The notes beneath the pieces were generated by a model. The model was not told where the DNA came from, made no database searches, and was given only the letters and a program-made list of their open reading frames with translations. From contig PFBM01000021.1 in assembly GCA_002773285.1 (NCBI GenBank), forward strand, positions 14,312 to 78,311: DNA of 64,000 bases, in the 5' to 3' direction. Positions 1 through 9,973 of this stretch are shown piece by piece. The stretch comes from Candidatus Kaiserbacteria bacterium CG10_big_fil_rev_8_21_14_0_10_59_10 (GTDB lineage: Bacteria; Patescibacteriota; Minisyncoccia; Phycocordibacterales; UBA2100). Positions within the stretch are counted from its first letter, which is position 1. Each line of letters opens with the position of its first letter. Both the position numbers and the translations under genes were made by a program.

Positions 1-35
1 TATATATGAAATGTATCGTGCGGTATACTAACGCC

Positions 36-1067
36 ATGGAGGACTACATGAAAAAAGCATACATGAGCGATTCGATTTTCTGGGTCGAGGTTGACCGCAT
101 AACGCCAAACCCGTTTCAGCCGCGCAAGACGTTCGACGAGGCCGCGCTGGATTCACTGGCGGAATCCATTAGGCAATACGGCGTCTTGAATCCGCTTACC
201 GTCACAAAGCGCGAAGTCGAGCGTCCGGGCGAGGGTATCTTTGTCGAGTATGAGCTCATCGCCGGCGAGCGGCGCTTGCGGGCGGCAAAAAAGGCGGGCG
301 TCCAGCAGGTGCCGGTCGTTATCCGACGCCCGGAAGATTCGGATCGGCTCAAACTGGAGCTCGCGATTATCGAGAATTTGCAGCGCGAGGACTTGAATCC
401 CATCGACCGCGCTAGGGCATTCAAGCAACTCGTCGACGCCTTCGGCATGAAGCATGTTGAAATAGGCAAGCGCATCGGCAAGAGCCGCGAGTATGTCTCC
501 AACTCCCTGAGGATACTCATGCTGCCGCAGGATATGCTCGATGCGCTCGCCGAGGGGAAGATAAACGAGGGACATACGCGGCCGCTTTTGATGCTAATCG
601 ACAAACCGGAAGAACAAAAGACGCTGTTTCAGGAAATACTTACGCGCAAACTCTCAGTACGGGACGCAGAGCAGCTCTCGAGGCGCGTTGCATTCGAGAA
701 GGCGAGAAAGCACACCTTGACGCCGGACCTTCTTGTCCTTGAGCGGCAGCTCACCGAGCAGCTCGGCACGCGCGTGCGCATTGAAAAGAAAGACGAGGGG
801 GGAAAAGTGCTTATAGACTTTTTTTCGCCCGAGGACCTTGCGCACCTGTGCATGGTCTTGGCGCATACGCGGGAGGGCTCATCGAATGCTTCATCGCGCC
901 CGCCGCAGCAGCAGGGAGATATGGAAGCGGGAAATGATCCCGCTCGCAGCGAGGCGCCGCGCCCGGGGGAGAGCGCGGCGCCCGAGCTAGCCGAGCGCGC
1001 CGCCGCGCCTGTAGAAGCTGATTCACCAGAGGAAGACCTGTATTCCGCCCGAAATTTCACCGTATAG
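36..1067 (+). CDS. parB: ParB/Spo0J chromosome partitioning protein
   Basis: PNPFQPRKTF, ELIAGERRLRA, IENLQREDLNPI motifs and HTH; start placed at ATG 36, 6 nt after TATACT (ATG 48 is an alternative). Confidence 0.95.
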   Translation: MEDYMKKAYMSDSIFWVEVDRITPNPFQPRKTFDEAALDSLAESIRQYGVLNPLTVTKREVERPGEGIFVEYELIAGERRLRAAKKAGVQQVPVVIRRPEDSDRLKLELAIIENLQREDLNPIDRARAFKQLVDAFGMKHVEIGKRIGKSREYVSNSLRILMLPQDMLDALAEGKINEGHTRPLLMLIDKPEEQKTLFQEILTRKLSVRDAEQLSRRVAFEKARKHTLTPDLLVLERQLTEQLGTRVRIEKKDEGGKVLIDFFSPEDLAHLCMVLAHTREGSSNASSRPPQQQGDMEAGNDPARSEAPRPGESAAPELAERAAAPVEADSPEEDLYSARNFTV

Positions 1068-2633
1068 TCAGAACTTTTTCTGCGTCTTGCGTACACCGGC
1101 ATCCTCCTGTTTCCGGGCGGAAAGGGCGGCGCGTATCATTTTTTTGGCAAGCGTTGTCTTTGCGACGTCGTGCCACTTGCGGGAGGGTTTTGCAGAAGCT
1201 TTCGTTATAATTTCTACCATGTCGCCGTTGTGAAGAGGCGTTTCCAATGACACCATTTTGCCGTTTACGCGCGCGCCCGCCATTTTATTGGCGATCTCTG
1301 TGTGGATTGCATATGCAAAATCGATAGGCGTCGCGGCGAGCGGCAAGTCGATGACGTCGCCTTTTGGCGTGAAGACGAACACGCGGTGGCTGAAAAAATC
1401 GGTGCGCAAGTTTTCCAGATACTCTTCAGATTCTTCCGTGTCGGTATCCGCGCTCGCCAGTTCTTTGACCCACTCCGGAACGGTGCGCGAGGCACGCGGC
1501 TTGACATGTGCCGATACTTCGCGCTGCGCGGAACCACCGCCGGGCAGGAATTGGCGGATCCAATCGAGTCCGCCACCGCGTTTCTTTCGCCCCTGTACTT
1601 CTTTGTAGGTGAGGTGCGAGGCGATGCCGTAGAGAGATTCGCGATGCATCGCTTCCGTGCGTATCTGTATTTCAAGGGCGCCGCCGTCACCCGTGTAGAC
1701 GGTCGTGTGTATGGATTGGTAGCCGTTGGGCTTCGGGAATGCGATGTAATCCTTTATTTTTCCGGGCACCGGCCGCCATTGCTTATGCACCAGCCCCAGC
1801 ACCGCATAGCAATCGGCGAGTGTAGGGACGATGATTCGAAGCGCCATGATGTCGTGAATGGCGGTAATGTCCCACTGCTTGCGCTGCAGTTTGCGAAAGG
1901 TGCTATAGGTGCCCTTGACGCGGGCCTCAGTTCTAAACTCACGCATCTGCGCCTCGGCAAGAACGCGCTTCAGGTCCTTCTCGGCTTTTTCAAGGCGCCT
2001 CTCATTCTCACGCTTGCGCTCCTTCAGAAGTTCCTTTGTGCGCTCGAACTCCTTTGGATAGGCGTAGGGAAATGACGCATCCTCGAGCGCCGTTTTGACA
2101 ACACTCATGCCGAGCCGATCCGCGATAGGTGCGTAAATCTCCAGCGTTTCGTGCGCGATTCTCGCGCGCTTATCCGCGGGCACGAACTCCAGCGTCTTCG
2201 CATTGTGCAGGCGATCAGTAAGTTTGATAATGAGTACGCGAATATCCTGAGCCGTTGCTGCGAAGAGGCGCCGGAGGGATTCCGTGTGCCGTTCAAGTCC
2301 GCGATAGCGCAGTGCGCCGAGTTTTGTCACGCCGCGCACGAGAGAGAGCACTTCACGGTCGAACTGCGCCTCTAGTATCGCCGAGGCGACGCCTGCATCC
2401 TCCAGGCAATCGTGCAGGAGCCCCGCGGCAATGGTGTGTGCATCCATTCCCATATGCGCGAGGCGGTAGCCGACCTCGGCAGGGTGCACGAAATAGGGAG
2501 CGCCGGAATAGCGCGTCTGTGTCGCATGCGCATTTTGTGCGAACTCGTATGCGCGCGATACGAGCTCACGCGAGGCGGCGTCTTTTGGATCCAATGCAGA
2601 GATAATTTCTTCACACGTGCGGATGTGCTCCAT
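1068..2633 (-). CDS. rel: RelA/SpoT (p)ppGpp synthetase/hydrolase (HD, synthetase and TGS domains; no ACT)
   Basis: RYSGAPYFVHP, LLHD, KDYIAFPKPNGYQSIHT, EIQIRT, TPIDFAYAIHT. Confidence 0.93.
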   Translation of the reverse strand: MEHIRTCEEIISALDPKDAASRELVSRAYEFAQNAHATQTRYSGAPYFVHPAEVGYRLAHMGMDAHTIAAGLLHDCLEDAGVASAILEAQFDREVLSLVRGVTKLGALRYRGLERHTESLRRLFAATAQDIRVLIIKLTDRLHNAKTLEFVPADKRARIAHETLEIYAPIADRLGMSVVKTALEDASFPYAYPKEFERTKELLKERKRENERRLEKAEKDLKRVLAEAQMREFRTEARVKGTYSTFRKLQRKQWDITAIHDIMALRIIVPTLADCYAVLGLVHKQWRPVPGKIKDYIAFPKPNGYQSIHTTVYTGDGGALEIQIRTEAMHRESLYGIASHLTYKEVQGRKKRGGGLDWIRQFLPGGGSAQREVSAHVKPRASRTVPEWVKELASADTDTEESEEYLENLRTDFFSHRVFVFTPKGDVIDLPLAATPIDFAYAIHTEIANKMAGARVNGKMVSLETPLHNGDMVEIITKASAKPSRKWHDVAKTTLAKKMIRAALSARKQEDAGVRKTQKKF

Positions 2634-2720
2634 AGAATTGACGAGTCACTAAAAGTATATGATACTAAAAAAAGGACGGTACGCAATGTCGCGTGCTGAT
2701 CTAGAGGCCCGGGAGGAAAA

Positions 2721-2981
2721 ATGAAAAAGATGTTTTCAATGCTCACTCCGCCTGCGATAGCGCTGATGCCGCTGCGGTGGTTTGCATGCGCAAGCTGCTA
2801 CTATCGCAGCAAGCAATGCGTGCCGACGCGCTGCCCGAATTGCGGCAGGGCGGAGCTGTCGGCCGAGGATGAGTACGCGGTCCAGGAGGGAGGACAGTTG
2901 GCACGGCGCCGCGGCGCCGTGCCTATTTCTTATGCGGATTGTGATTCGCGCAGGACTTGTCGCTGCAGCGCTCGGGGATAG
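2721..2981 (+). CDS. Small zinc-ribbon-like hypothetical protein
   Basis: CASC...CPNCG pairs; GGGAGG at 2711-2716; TTGACG-17-GATACT upstream; 3' end overlaps topA. Confidence 0.5.
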   Translation: MKKMFSMLTPPAIALMPLRWFACASCYYRSKQCVPTRCPNCGRAELSAEDEYAVQEGGQLARRRGAVPISYADCDSRRTCRCSARG

Positions 2982-5076
2982 TCTTGGTGCCCTCCATCAT
3001 GAGTTTGCCGCAGTCCTTGCATATATTGCCAGTCGGACGTGCTTTCATCGTGAATTTGCATTCAGGATAATTTGAGCAGGCGAAAAAAGGCCCGAAGCGC
3101 CCGCGCTTCTCCACAAGCTGCCCCTTGCCGCATGACAGGCATGCCACGCCTGTGGAGTTTTGCGAATTTTCGTCCCGGCGCACGTATTTGCACTTCGGGT
3201 AGTTGCTGCATGCCACAAAACGCCCGAAGCGCCCTTCCCGCTCGATGAGCTTTCCGTCCTTGCACTCGGGGCACGGCTCGCCGAGGTCTTTCGGCGGTTC
3301 GATGATGCTGCCGTCCTCCTTGCGAGCGCCAAGGCATGTTGGAAAATTGGAGCAGCTCATAAAGCGCCCCGAGCGCGAGAGTTTGTATACCATTGGCGCG
3401 CCGCAAAGCGGACAGGGAAATTCCTCAGGTGCGTCGCCCATGTTGGTCAATTTCTCGATCTTCTCCTTGCCCTTAACCGCCTTTGCAAACGGTGCGTAGA
3501 ACGCGTGCAGCGTCTTTTCGTATTCGCGCGTGCCGGAAGCGATGTCGTCCAGCTCATTCTCCATTTCGGCCGTAAAGGTATCGCTTATATAGTCCGCGAA
3601 GTGATCTTCTATGAATGAGCTGACGACATCTCCCGTGTGCGTTGGAATAAGCGTGCGCCCCTGCTTTTCGACATACCCGCGGTCTTCAAGCGTTTTAATA
3701 ATGGAAGCGTACGTGGACGGCCGGCCGATGCCGCGCTTCTCAAGCTCTTTCACCAGCCCCGCCTCGCTGTAGCGCGAGGGCGGCTGGGTCGCCTTCTCTT
3801 CCGAGCGCGCTTCGACGAGCGTGAGCTCCTCCTCTGGGTTCGCTTTTGGCAGCTCCACGTCCTCACCGCGCGCCGCCGGGTCGGCCTTTAGCCAGCCCTC
3901 GAAAACGACGCGCGAGCCGGTGGCTGAAAAGTCGGGGATCGGCGAGCCCTCAGTGTTTGCGACTATCTTCGTGCGCAGAATCTTCGCATCTGCCATCTGG
4001 CTAGCGAGCGAACGCGCGCGTATAAGCGCGTACAATTTCTTTTGCTCATCGGTTGAGCCGAGGGAGCGCTTTGACGCGTCGGTGGGGCGGACTGCCTCGT
4101 GCGCTTCCTGCACGCTTTTTGAGCGGGACTTGTACTGGCGCGTAGAGAGCATCTCCGCGCCATACTCGCTCGACACGACGCGCGCAAGCTGCGTGAGCGC
4201 CTCACGCGAGAGAGTGGGGGAGTCGGTGCGCATGTAGGTGATGTGCCCCGCTTCGTACAATTTTTGCGCGATGCGCATCGTGCGCGACGGAGAGTAGCCG
4301 AGTCGCGTCGAGGCGGTCTGCTGGAGCGTTGAAGTGGTGAACGGCGCGCGAGGACTGCGGGATTGCTCCGACTCGTCAACGGAAACGACGCGCCACTGCC
4401 CCGCGCGCGCCTCTGCGACGATGCGCTCAGCTTCTTCGGCGCTTTTAGGCTCCTCCACGCACGTGGCGACAAAGCGTTCCTTCCTTGATGTTTCCAGCTC
4501 CGCTTCAAGCACCCAAAACGCCTCGGGCACGAATGCGCGTATCTCGCGCTCGCGCTCCATGAGTATGCGAAGCGCGGGAGATTGGACGCGGCCTGCCGAG
4601 AGGCCGTAACGGACTTTCTTCCATATGAGGCCTGAGAGGTCGTAGCCGAACAGGCGATCCAGCACGCGCCGTGCCTCCTGCGCTTTTACGAGCTGCATGT
4701 CGACGGCGCGCGGGTGCTGCAACGCTTCCTGGACCGCGCGTTCGGTTATTTCGTTGAACACGATGCGCTTCGGCTTGTTCAGTCCGATAGTGTCGGAGAC
4801 GTGCCACGCGATTGCTTCGCCCTCACGATCGGGGTCGGTGGCGAGGATGACTTCATCCGCCTTTTTTGCGGCGCGCTCCAAATCATGAATAACCCGCTCT
4901 TTCTCGGGCACGACCCGATAGCGCGGCACGAAACCGCCTTCGATATCGACCGCATCCTTGTTAGATTTCGGCAGGTCGCGAATGTGGCCCACGGATGCGC
5001 GCACCTCGTATCCTTTGCCGAGGTACTTCTCAATCGTCTTGGCCTTGGCCGGCGACTCTACTATTACAAGCTTCAT
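2923..5076 (-). CDS. topA: DNA topoisomerase I with C-terminal zinc ribbons
   Basis: LVIVESPAKAKTI, ATDPDREGEAI, SAGRVQS, ITYMRTD, EAHEAVRPT. Confidence 0.98.
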   Translation of the reverse strand: MKLVIVESPAKAKTIEKYLGKGYEVRASVGHIRDLPKSNKDAVDIEGGFVPRYRVVPEKERVIHDLERAAKKADEVILATDPDREGEAIAWHVSDTIGLNKPKRIVFNEITERAVQEALQHPRAVDMQLVKAQEARRVLDRLFGYDLSGLIWKKVRYGLSAGRVQSPALRILMEREREIRAFVPEAFWVLEAELETSRKERFVATCVEEPKSAEEAERIVAEARAGQWRVVSVDESEQSRSPRAPFTTSTLQQTASTRLGYSPSRTMRIAQKLYEAGHITYMRTDSPTLSREALTQLARVVSSEYGAEMLSTRQYKSRSKSVQEAHEAVRPTDASKRSLGSTDEQKKLYALIRARSLASQMADAKILRTKIVANTEGSPIPDFSATGSRVVFEGWLKADPAARGEDVELPKANPEEELTLVEARSEEKATQPPSRYSEAGLVKELEKRGIGRPSTYASIIKTLEDRGYVEKQGRTLIPTHTGDVVSSFIEDHFADYISDTFTAEMENELDDIASGTREYEKTLHAFYAPFAKAVKGKEKIEKLTNMGDAPEEFPCPLCGAPMVYKLSRSGRFMSCSNFPTCLGARKEDGSIIEPPKDLGEPCPECKDGKLIEREGRFGRFVACSNYPKCKYVRRDENSQNSTGVACLSCGKGQLVEKRGRFGPFFACSNYPECKFTMKARPTGNICKDCGKLMMEGTKTIPERCSDKSCANHNPHKK

Positions 5077-5170
5077 ATTGCGTGATGTGCGCGGCGCGCA
5101 GGCCGTAGGATTACCACACAACTATATATCATGCAAAGCGCGGCACATGTTCACCGCGGTGCGTTGCGCG

Positions 5171-6025
5171 TTACCGAACGCGGACAAGACCGAGCTCTTC
5201 GGTGATAATACCCTTGATTTCCATCGTGCTGAGGAGCACGTTTGCCTCCGAGATAGGCATCGCGAGCGCGGAAATAAGTTCATCCCGCGTGCGCGGCTCG
5301 GAGAGCGCGGCGAGGACTCGGCGCTCTTCATTGCTAAGATCGCTATCGTCCCGCGCAGCAGCCGTGCGTTCAATGCCGAGTGCGCGCAGCACGTCCTCCG
5401 GCTCGGTCACGGGTGTCGCGCCGAGCTTGAGGAATTGATGCGTGCCGCGGCTTTCTGCGCTAAAGATGGAGCCGGGTACTACGAGAAGGTCGCGGTTATA
5501 TTCCGTCGCGAGCCGCGCAGTTATCAAGGAGCCGGAGCGCTCTTTTGCCTCAATGACGAGGGTTGCCCGGCACATGCCAGCCATAATGCGGTTGCGCTGC
5601 GGGAACGTGTAGTCCGCCGCCCTTTGGCTCGGCTCGAATTCCGAGAGGAGCGCGCCGCCCGCTTTAAGTATGTCCCGCGCGAGCGGAACGTTCGCCTTCG
5701 GGTATAGGACATCCCAGTCGAGTCCGGAGCCGGGAACGGCGACCGTAGGCAACCCAGCCGCGATAGCGGCTTTGTGGGCACACGCGTCCACGCCGTAGGC
5801 GAGTCCGCTGACAATTACCACGGGGGCGCCGCGCATTCCCTCTATAAGATGAGCGCAGGCCTGCCTGCCGTATTGCGTCATGGTGCGAGAGCCGACGACC
5901 GCGAGCCACGCGTTCTCGAAGCCGGGCAAAGAGCCGCGTACATATAACTTCGCCGGCATGTCCGGTATCTCACGCAGCGGTGGCGGGAAGGCCGCTGGGG
6001 AGAGCTTTGTCAGCTCAGCGTTCAT
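5171..6025 (-). CDS. dprA: DNA-processing protein DprA
   Basis: AVVGSR, IVSGLAYGVD, FPQRNRI, SGSLITA; C-terminal wHTH. Confidence 0.95.
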   Translation of the reverse strand: MNAELTKLSPAAFPPPLREIPDMPAKLYVRGSLPGFENAWLAVVGSRTMTQYGRQACAHLIEGMRGAPVVIVSGLAYGVDACAHKAAIAAGLPTVAVPGSGLDWDVLYPKANVPLARDILKAGGALLSEFEPSQRAADYTFPQRNRIMAGMCRATLVIEAKERSGSLITARLATEYNRDLLVVPGSIFSAESRGTHQFLKLGATPVTEPEDVLRALGIERTAAARDDSDLSNEERRVLAALSEPRTRDELISALAMPISEANVLLSTMEIKGIITEELGLVRVR

Positions 6026-6038
6026 AATGGTATTATCA

Positions 6039-6127
6039 TAGCAAGCCGGTGGCTTGTAGCCGGTAGCCGATTGCACTGAAGCGTATTCATGCACGGCTGC
6101 GAGCTGCACGCTGCACGCTGCACGCTA
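6039..6127. repeat. Heptamer-repeat inverted hairpin between dprA and serS
   Basis: Left arm aagccgg/tggcttg/tagccgg/tagccga; right arm cggctgc/gagctgc/acgctgc/acgctgc; inner tgca-tgaa...ttca-tgca stem. Confidence 0.6.
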
Positions 6128-7404
6128 TGTTGGACATAAAGTTTATTCGAGAGAACAAGGACATCGTCGCGGCAGGCGCGCGAAAAAAGCATATCGCGGT
6201 CGACTTAAACAAGCTGCTTGAGCTGGACGACGAGCGCCGCGCTCTGCAGCAATCCGTCGACGCGAAACGGGCGGAGCAGAATGCGGCATCTGAGAAAATT
6301 GCCGCCGCGGGAGAGAGCGAGCGAGCCGATTTGATCGCCACGGTGCAGCAACTGAAGGACGCACTTAAAGCGGAGGAAGAGAAGCTGACAGCCGTGATGA
6401 AGGCCTGGCGCGAGCTGATGGTGCAGGTGCCGAACGTCCCGGATGTGTCGGTACCGGACGGTGACTCGGACGCGGACAACAAGGAGATCCGCACGTGGGG
6501 CGAGAAGACCTCATTTCCGTTCACGCCGAAGAGCCATTTTGAACTGATGCAGCTGCATGACATGGCGGATTTCGAGCGCGGCGCGAAAGTCGCCGGTTTC
6601 CGCGGGTACTTTCTAAAAAATGACGGCGCACGGCTCGCATGGGCGCTCGAGCGCTTCGTACAGGAGCGTTTTATGTCCCGCGAGGGCTTCACGCCCATGG
6701 TCGTTCCTTCTCTCGTGCGCAAGGAGCCCTTCATCGGGACCGGCTACTTGCCGCAAAGCGAGGACGACTTGTACAGGACGCAGGACGGTGAATATCTTGC
6801 CGGCACCGCGGAGGTCGCGGGTATGGGGTACTACATGGACGAGGTACTTGATAAGAAAGAGCTGCCCATCAAGTTTTTCGCATTCTCGCCCTGCTTTCGC
6901 CGCGAGGCGGGGAGCCACGGGAAAGACACCAAGGGCCTGTTCCGCATTCACGAGTTCGTGAAGTACGAACAGATTGTCCTGTGCGAGGCGAGCCATGAAG
7001 AATCGGTCAGGCATCATGAAGAGATCACTGCCAATTCCGAGGCCCTGCTGCAGGAGCTCGGCTTGCCGTATCGCGTCGTGCTTAATTGCGGCGGCGATAT
7101 CGGGCTGGGACAGGTCAAAAAGTACGACATCGAAGCATGGATGCCGAGCGAGGAGCGCTATCGCGAGACGCATTCATCATCCTACTTCCATGACTTCCAG
7201 ACGAGGCGCCTGAACATACGCTACCGCGATGAAGACGGTACGCTGCGGTTCGCGCATTCGCTGAACAACACCGCGCTTGCGATGCCGCGCATACTCTGCC
7301 ACATAGTAGAAAACGGACAGCGCGAGGACGGCAGCATTTCCGTTCCCGAGGCGCTGCGGGGGTACATGGGCCGCGATGTCATCCAGAATACTAAAACTCC
7401 GTAA
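6127..7404 (+). CDS. serS: Serine--tRNA ligase
   Basis: MLDIKFIREN, LAGTAEV, CFRREAGS, HSLNNTALAMPR. Confidence 0.98.
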   Translation: MLDIKFIRENKDIVAAGARKKHIAVDLNKLLELDDERRALQQSVDAKRAEQNAASEKIAAAGESERADLIATVQQLKDALKAEEEKLTAVMKAWRELMVQVPNVPDVSVPDGDSDADNKEIRTWGEKTSFPFTPKSHFELMQLHDMADFERGAKVAGFRGYFLKNDGARLAWALERFVQERFMSREGFTPMVVPSLVRKEPFIGTGYLPQSEDDLYRTQDGEYLAGTAEVAGMGYYMDEVLDKKELPIKFFAFSPCFRREAGSHGKDTKGLFRIHEFVKYEQIVLCEASHEESVRHHEEITANSEALLQELGLPYRVVLNCGGDIGLGQVKKYDIEAWMPSEERYRETHSSSYFHDFQTRRLNIRYRDEDGTLRFAHSLNNTALAMPRILCHIVENGQREDGSISVPEALRGYMGRDVIQNTKTP

Positions 7405-8245
7405 ACCGGCCGTTCGAAGCAAGCATGATTCGAACCGAGGCGTTGCGCTGTCGCGGCGGCGTATGCCGCGCCTTGCGGCGAGGAGACGGGCGCGCAATGC
7501 GCTCACTGCCGCGCTCGCGGTTGTTTGTCTCCTCTTGCTCGGGGGCGGCGGTGCCGCGCTCACGCACATGGAGCGGCTGACGATCGCCGACATACAAGTA
7601 CGCGGCGCATCACAGCTTGCACACGCGGCACTCGCCTCGCGCGCTGACGCGGAACTTAACAAGGAGGGATTCCATCTTCTCTCGCGCAAAAACATTTTTT
7701 TGTATCCGCGAAGCGAGCTTGAGTCTTCTTTGCGCGCCACGTTCCCCAGGATACGGACAGTGTCGGTCGCACGCGACGGCCTCCTTTCCCGCACGCTTGT
7801 CGTCTCCGTCGAAGAACGCGAGCCGTTCGCGCTTTGGTGCGGCCGCGAGTGCTATGTGATGGATAGGGTGGGGTATGTGTTTGCTGAGGCGGACGGCGCC
7901 GGCACACGCATGGCCACGCTGGTATTTGAGGGCGGTATCGATGAAGATAACGGTCCGGTCGTAGGCAGCGTATTATTGCCTGGCGCGTTCGAGGACGTGC
8001 GTGCGATGGTCGCGGCGCTCGCTCCGTCGGGCTGCAAGGGAGAGAAAATCGTCGTGCTAGACGATATTGATTATATGGTCGAATGCGCGGAGGGGTTTGA
8101 TGTGAAGGTGTCCTTCGTATCCGACATAGAACAAACGGCGCGCAATCTTGCACTATCGCTCTCATCGGATGCGCTCGCTGCGAGCGTGGAGCGCTTGGAA
8201 TATATAGACCTCCGGTTCGGAAATAGGGTGTACTACAAAAGGTAG
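7376..8245 (+). CDS. ftsQ: Cell division protein FtsQ/DivIB-like (start uncertain)
   Basis: Basic N-tail, single TM, POTRA-like region, VEEREP, C-terminal YIDLRFGNRVYYK. Confidence 0.75.
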   Translation: MSSRILKLRKPAVRSKHDSNRGVALSRRRMPRLAARRRARNALTAALAVVCLLLLGGGGAALTHMERLTIADIQVRGASQLAHAALASRADAELNKEGFHLLSRKNIFLYPRSELESSLRATFPRIRTVSVARDGLLSRTLVVSVEEREPFALWCGRECYVMDRVGYVFAEADGAGTRMATLVFEGGIDEDNGPVVGSVLLPGAFEDVRAMVAALAPSGCKGEKIVVLDDIDYMVECAEGFDVKVSFVSDIEQTARNLALSLSSDALAASVERLEYIDLRFGNRVYYKR

Positions 8246-8330
8246 CGGGAACCTTGTAGCGCTGATTTCCCAAAAAACAGGCCGCGACACGAATACCGCG
8301 GCCAGTTGTGAGCCGTATAAGGCGGGTTTG

Positions 8331-8762
8331 TTATTCGAGCGCGATGGCGAGACCCGGGAATGTCTTGCAAAGGAACGCCGCATCGGCAGCATTCCCCTTG
8401 CGGATGAGAAGCGTCGCGAGCCGCACTCTTGTTTCGCGCGACACCTTGCCCCCCACGGTGAATACAAGCATCAGCTTGATGTCCAGCCGCTGCTCCGCCT
8501 TCAGGAGCCGCGGTAGCTGCTTGGGGCCTCTTCCGCGCTCCAACGACCGCAGGCGCCGAAGGACCATGGCTTCTGTGTCGGCCCGGTCGCCGCTGTGCAC
8601 GAGCTGCGCAAGCAAATTCCGCGTAGTGTTCGCGTACTTGCCGTTGCCGAGCTTCTTGACCTGGCGGCGGAGCTCGTCCTGCGCCTGTTCTATGGGCGTA
8701 ATGGTCCCTGTCGGCCTAAAAGCAGTCGTGTTGCGGCGAGCGATGGCCTCCTCGTTTCGCAT
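8331..8762 (-). CDS. Hypothetical basic protein (ORFan)
   Basis: 143-aa ORF filling the gap; GGAGGG SD and TTGACT-17-TAGAAC upstream on the minus strand. Confidence 0.65.
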   Translation of the reverse strand: MRNEEAIARRNTTAFRPTGTITPIEQAQDELRRQVKKLGNGKYANTTRNLLAQLVHSGDRADTEAMVLRRLRSLERGRGPKQLPRLLKAEQRLDIKLMLVFTVGGKVSRETRVRLATLLIRKGNAADAAFLCKTFPGLAIALE

Positions 8763-8989
8763 TCTTCCCTCCGTCTTTAAATCACCATCACCATGATGGT
8801 GCTGTATGGTGTTCTACGCCTATTGTCTAGGGAAGTCAACACACAACACATGCGCCTACGCTATGTGCTAATTCGCGCGAATAAGCACATAGCGCTCGCA
8901 GCTCTGCGGGGCGTGCGGCCGGCAGCAGAAGGATGAGGAAGCGTGGCGAGAGTTCGCGGCGATGAGGGTACGTGTGATACTGTGCGGCT

Positions 8990-9973
8990 GTGCAAAGTTT
9001 TTGGGACAGTTTGCCCAGGCCCTTTTTCGCGCAGGCGCCTATGGAGGATGTGACCGATGCCGCTTTCCGGCGCCTCATCGCGCGCGTCGGCAAGCCGGAC
9101 GTGATGTACTGCGAGTTCACTTCTGCCGACGGGCTTGTGTTCGCGGATGAGGCGGGGCGGACGAAGCTGCTGAAAAAGCTGGAGTACGACGACTCGGAGC
9201 GGCCGGTCGTCGCGCAGCTCTTCAGCGCCTCCCCTGAGAGAATGGAAAAAGGGGCGGCTATCGCGGCAGCGCGTGGTTTTGACGGCATCGATATAAACAT
9301 GGGTTGCCCTGATAGGTCCGTGGAGAAAAGCGGATGCGGCTCTGCGCTCATCAAGAATCCTGCGCTCGCGCGCGAGCTCTTACGAGCCGCGAAGCGGGGC
9401 GCAGCCGGCGTGCCCGTCTCGGTCAAGACGCGTATCGGCTATGCCGATAATGAGTTGCGCACATGGCTGCCGGAGCTTTTGGCGGAGGAACCGGCTGCGG
9501 TCGCGCTGCACGCGCGCACGCGCAATGAGCTGTCGCTTGTTCCGGCTCGATGGGAACATGTCGCCGAGGCCGTCGAGATCCGTGATGCGCTCGGCTCAAG
9601 CGCGCTTATCATCGGAAACGGTGACGCGCAGAGCGTTGACGATGCCCGGGAGCGATGCGCAGGGGCCGGCTGCGACGGCGCAATGCTCGGGCGTGCCATC
9701 TACGGCAATCCGTGGCTCTACGCGCGCCGCACGAGTGCGCCCACGCCTCGTGAGCGCATGGAGGCGCTCGCCGAGCACGTGCGCTTATTCGAGGAGATCA
9801 TGGGACAAACCACGAATTACGCAGTCATGAAGAAGCATTTCAAGGCGTACGTACACGGTTGGCAAGCGGGGGATGGTTTGCAAAGCGCGAAGGACATTCG
9901 AATGCGGCTTATGGAAACCGCGGCGCCGAGCGAGGCACGCGCCATTCTCGCGGATGCTATACTGCCGGCATGA
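8990..9973 (+). CDS. dus: tRNA-dihydrouridine synthase
   Basis: QAPMEDVTDAAFR, DINMGCP, VSVKTRIG, GNGD, MLGRAIYGNPW. Confidence 0.95.
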   Translation: MQSFWDSLPRPFFAQAPMEDVTDAAFRRLIARVGKPDVMYCEFTSADGLVFADEAGRTKLLKKLEYDDSERPVVAQLFSASPERMEKGAAIAAARGFDGIDINMGCPDRSVEKSGCGSALIKNPALARELLRAAKRGAAGVPVSVKTRIGYADNELRTWLPELLAEEPAAVALHARTRNELSLVPARWEHVAEAVEIRDALGSSALIIGNGDAQSVDDARERCAGAGCDGAMLGRAIYGNPWLYARRTSAPTPRERMEALAEHVRLFEEIMGQTTNYAVMKKHFKAYVHGWQAGDGLQSAKDIRMRLMETAAPSEARAILADAILPA

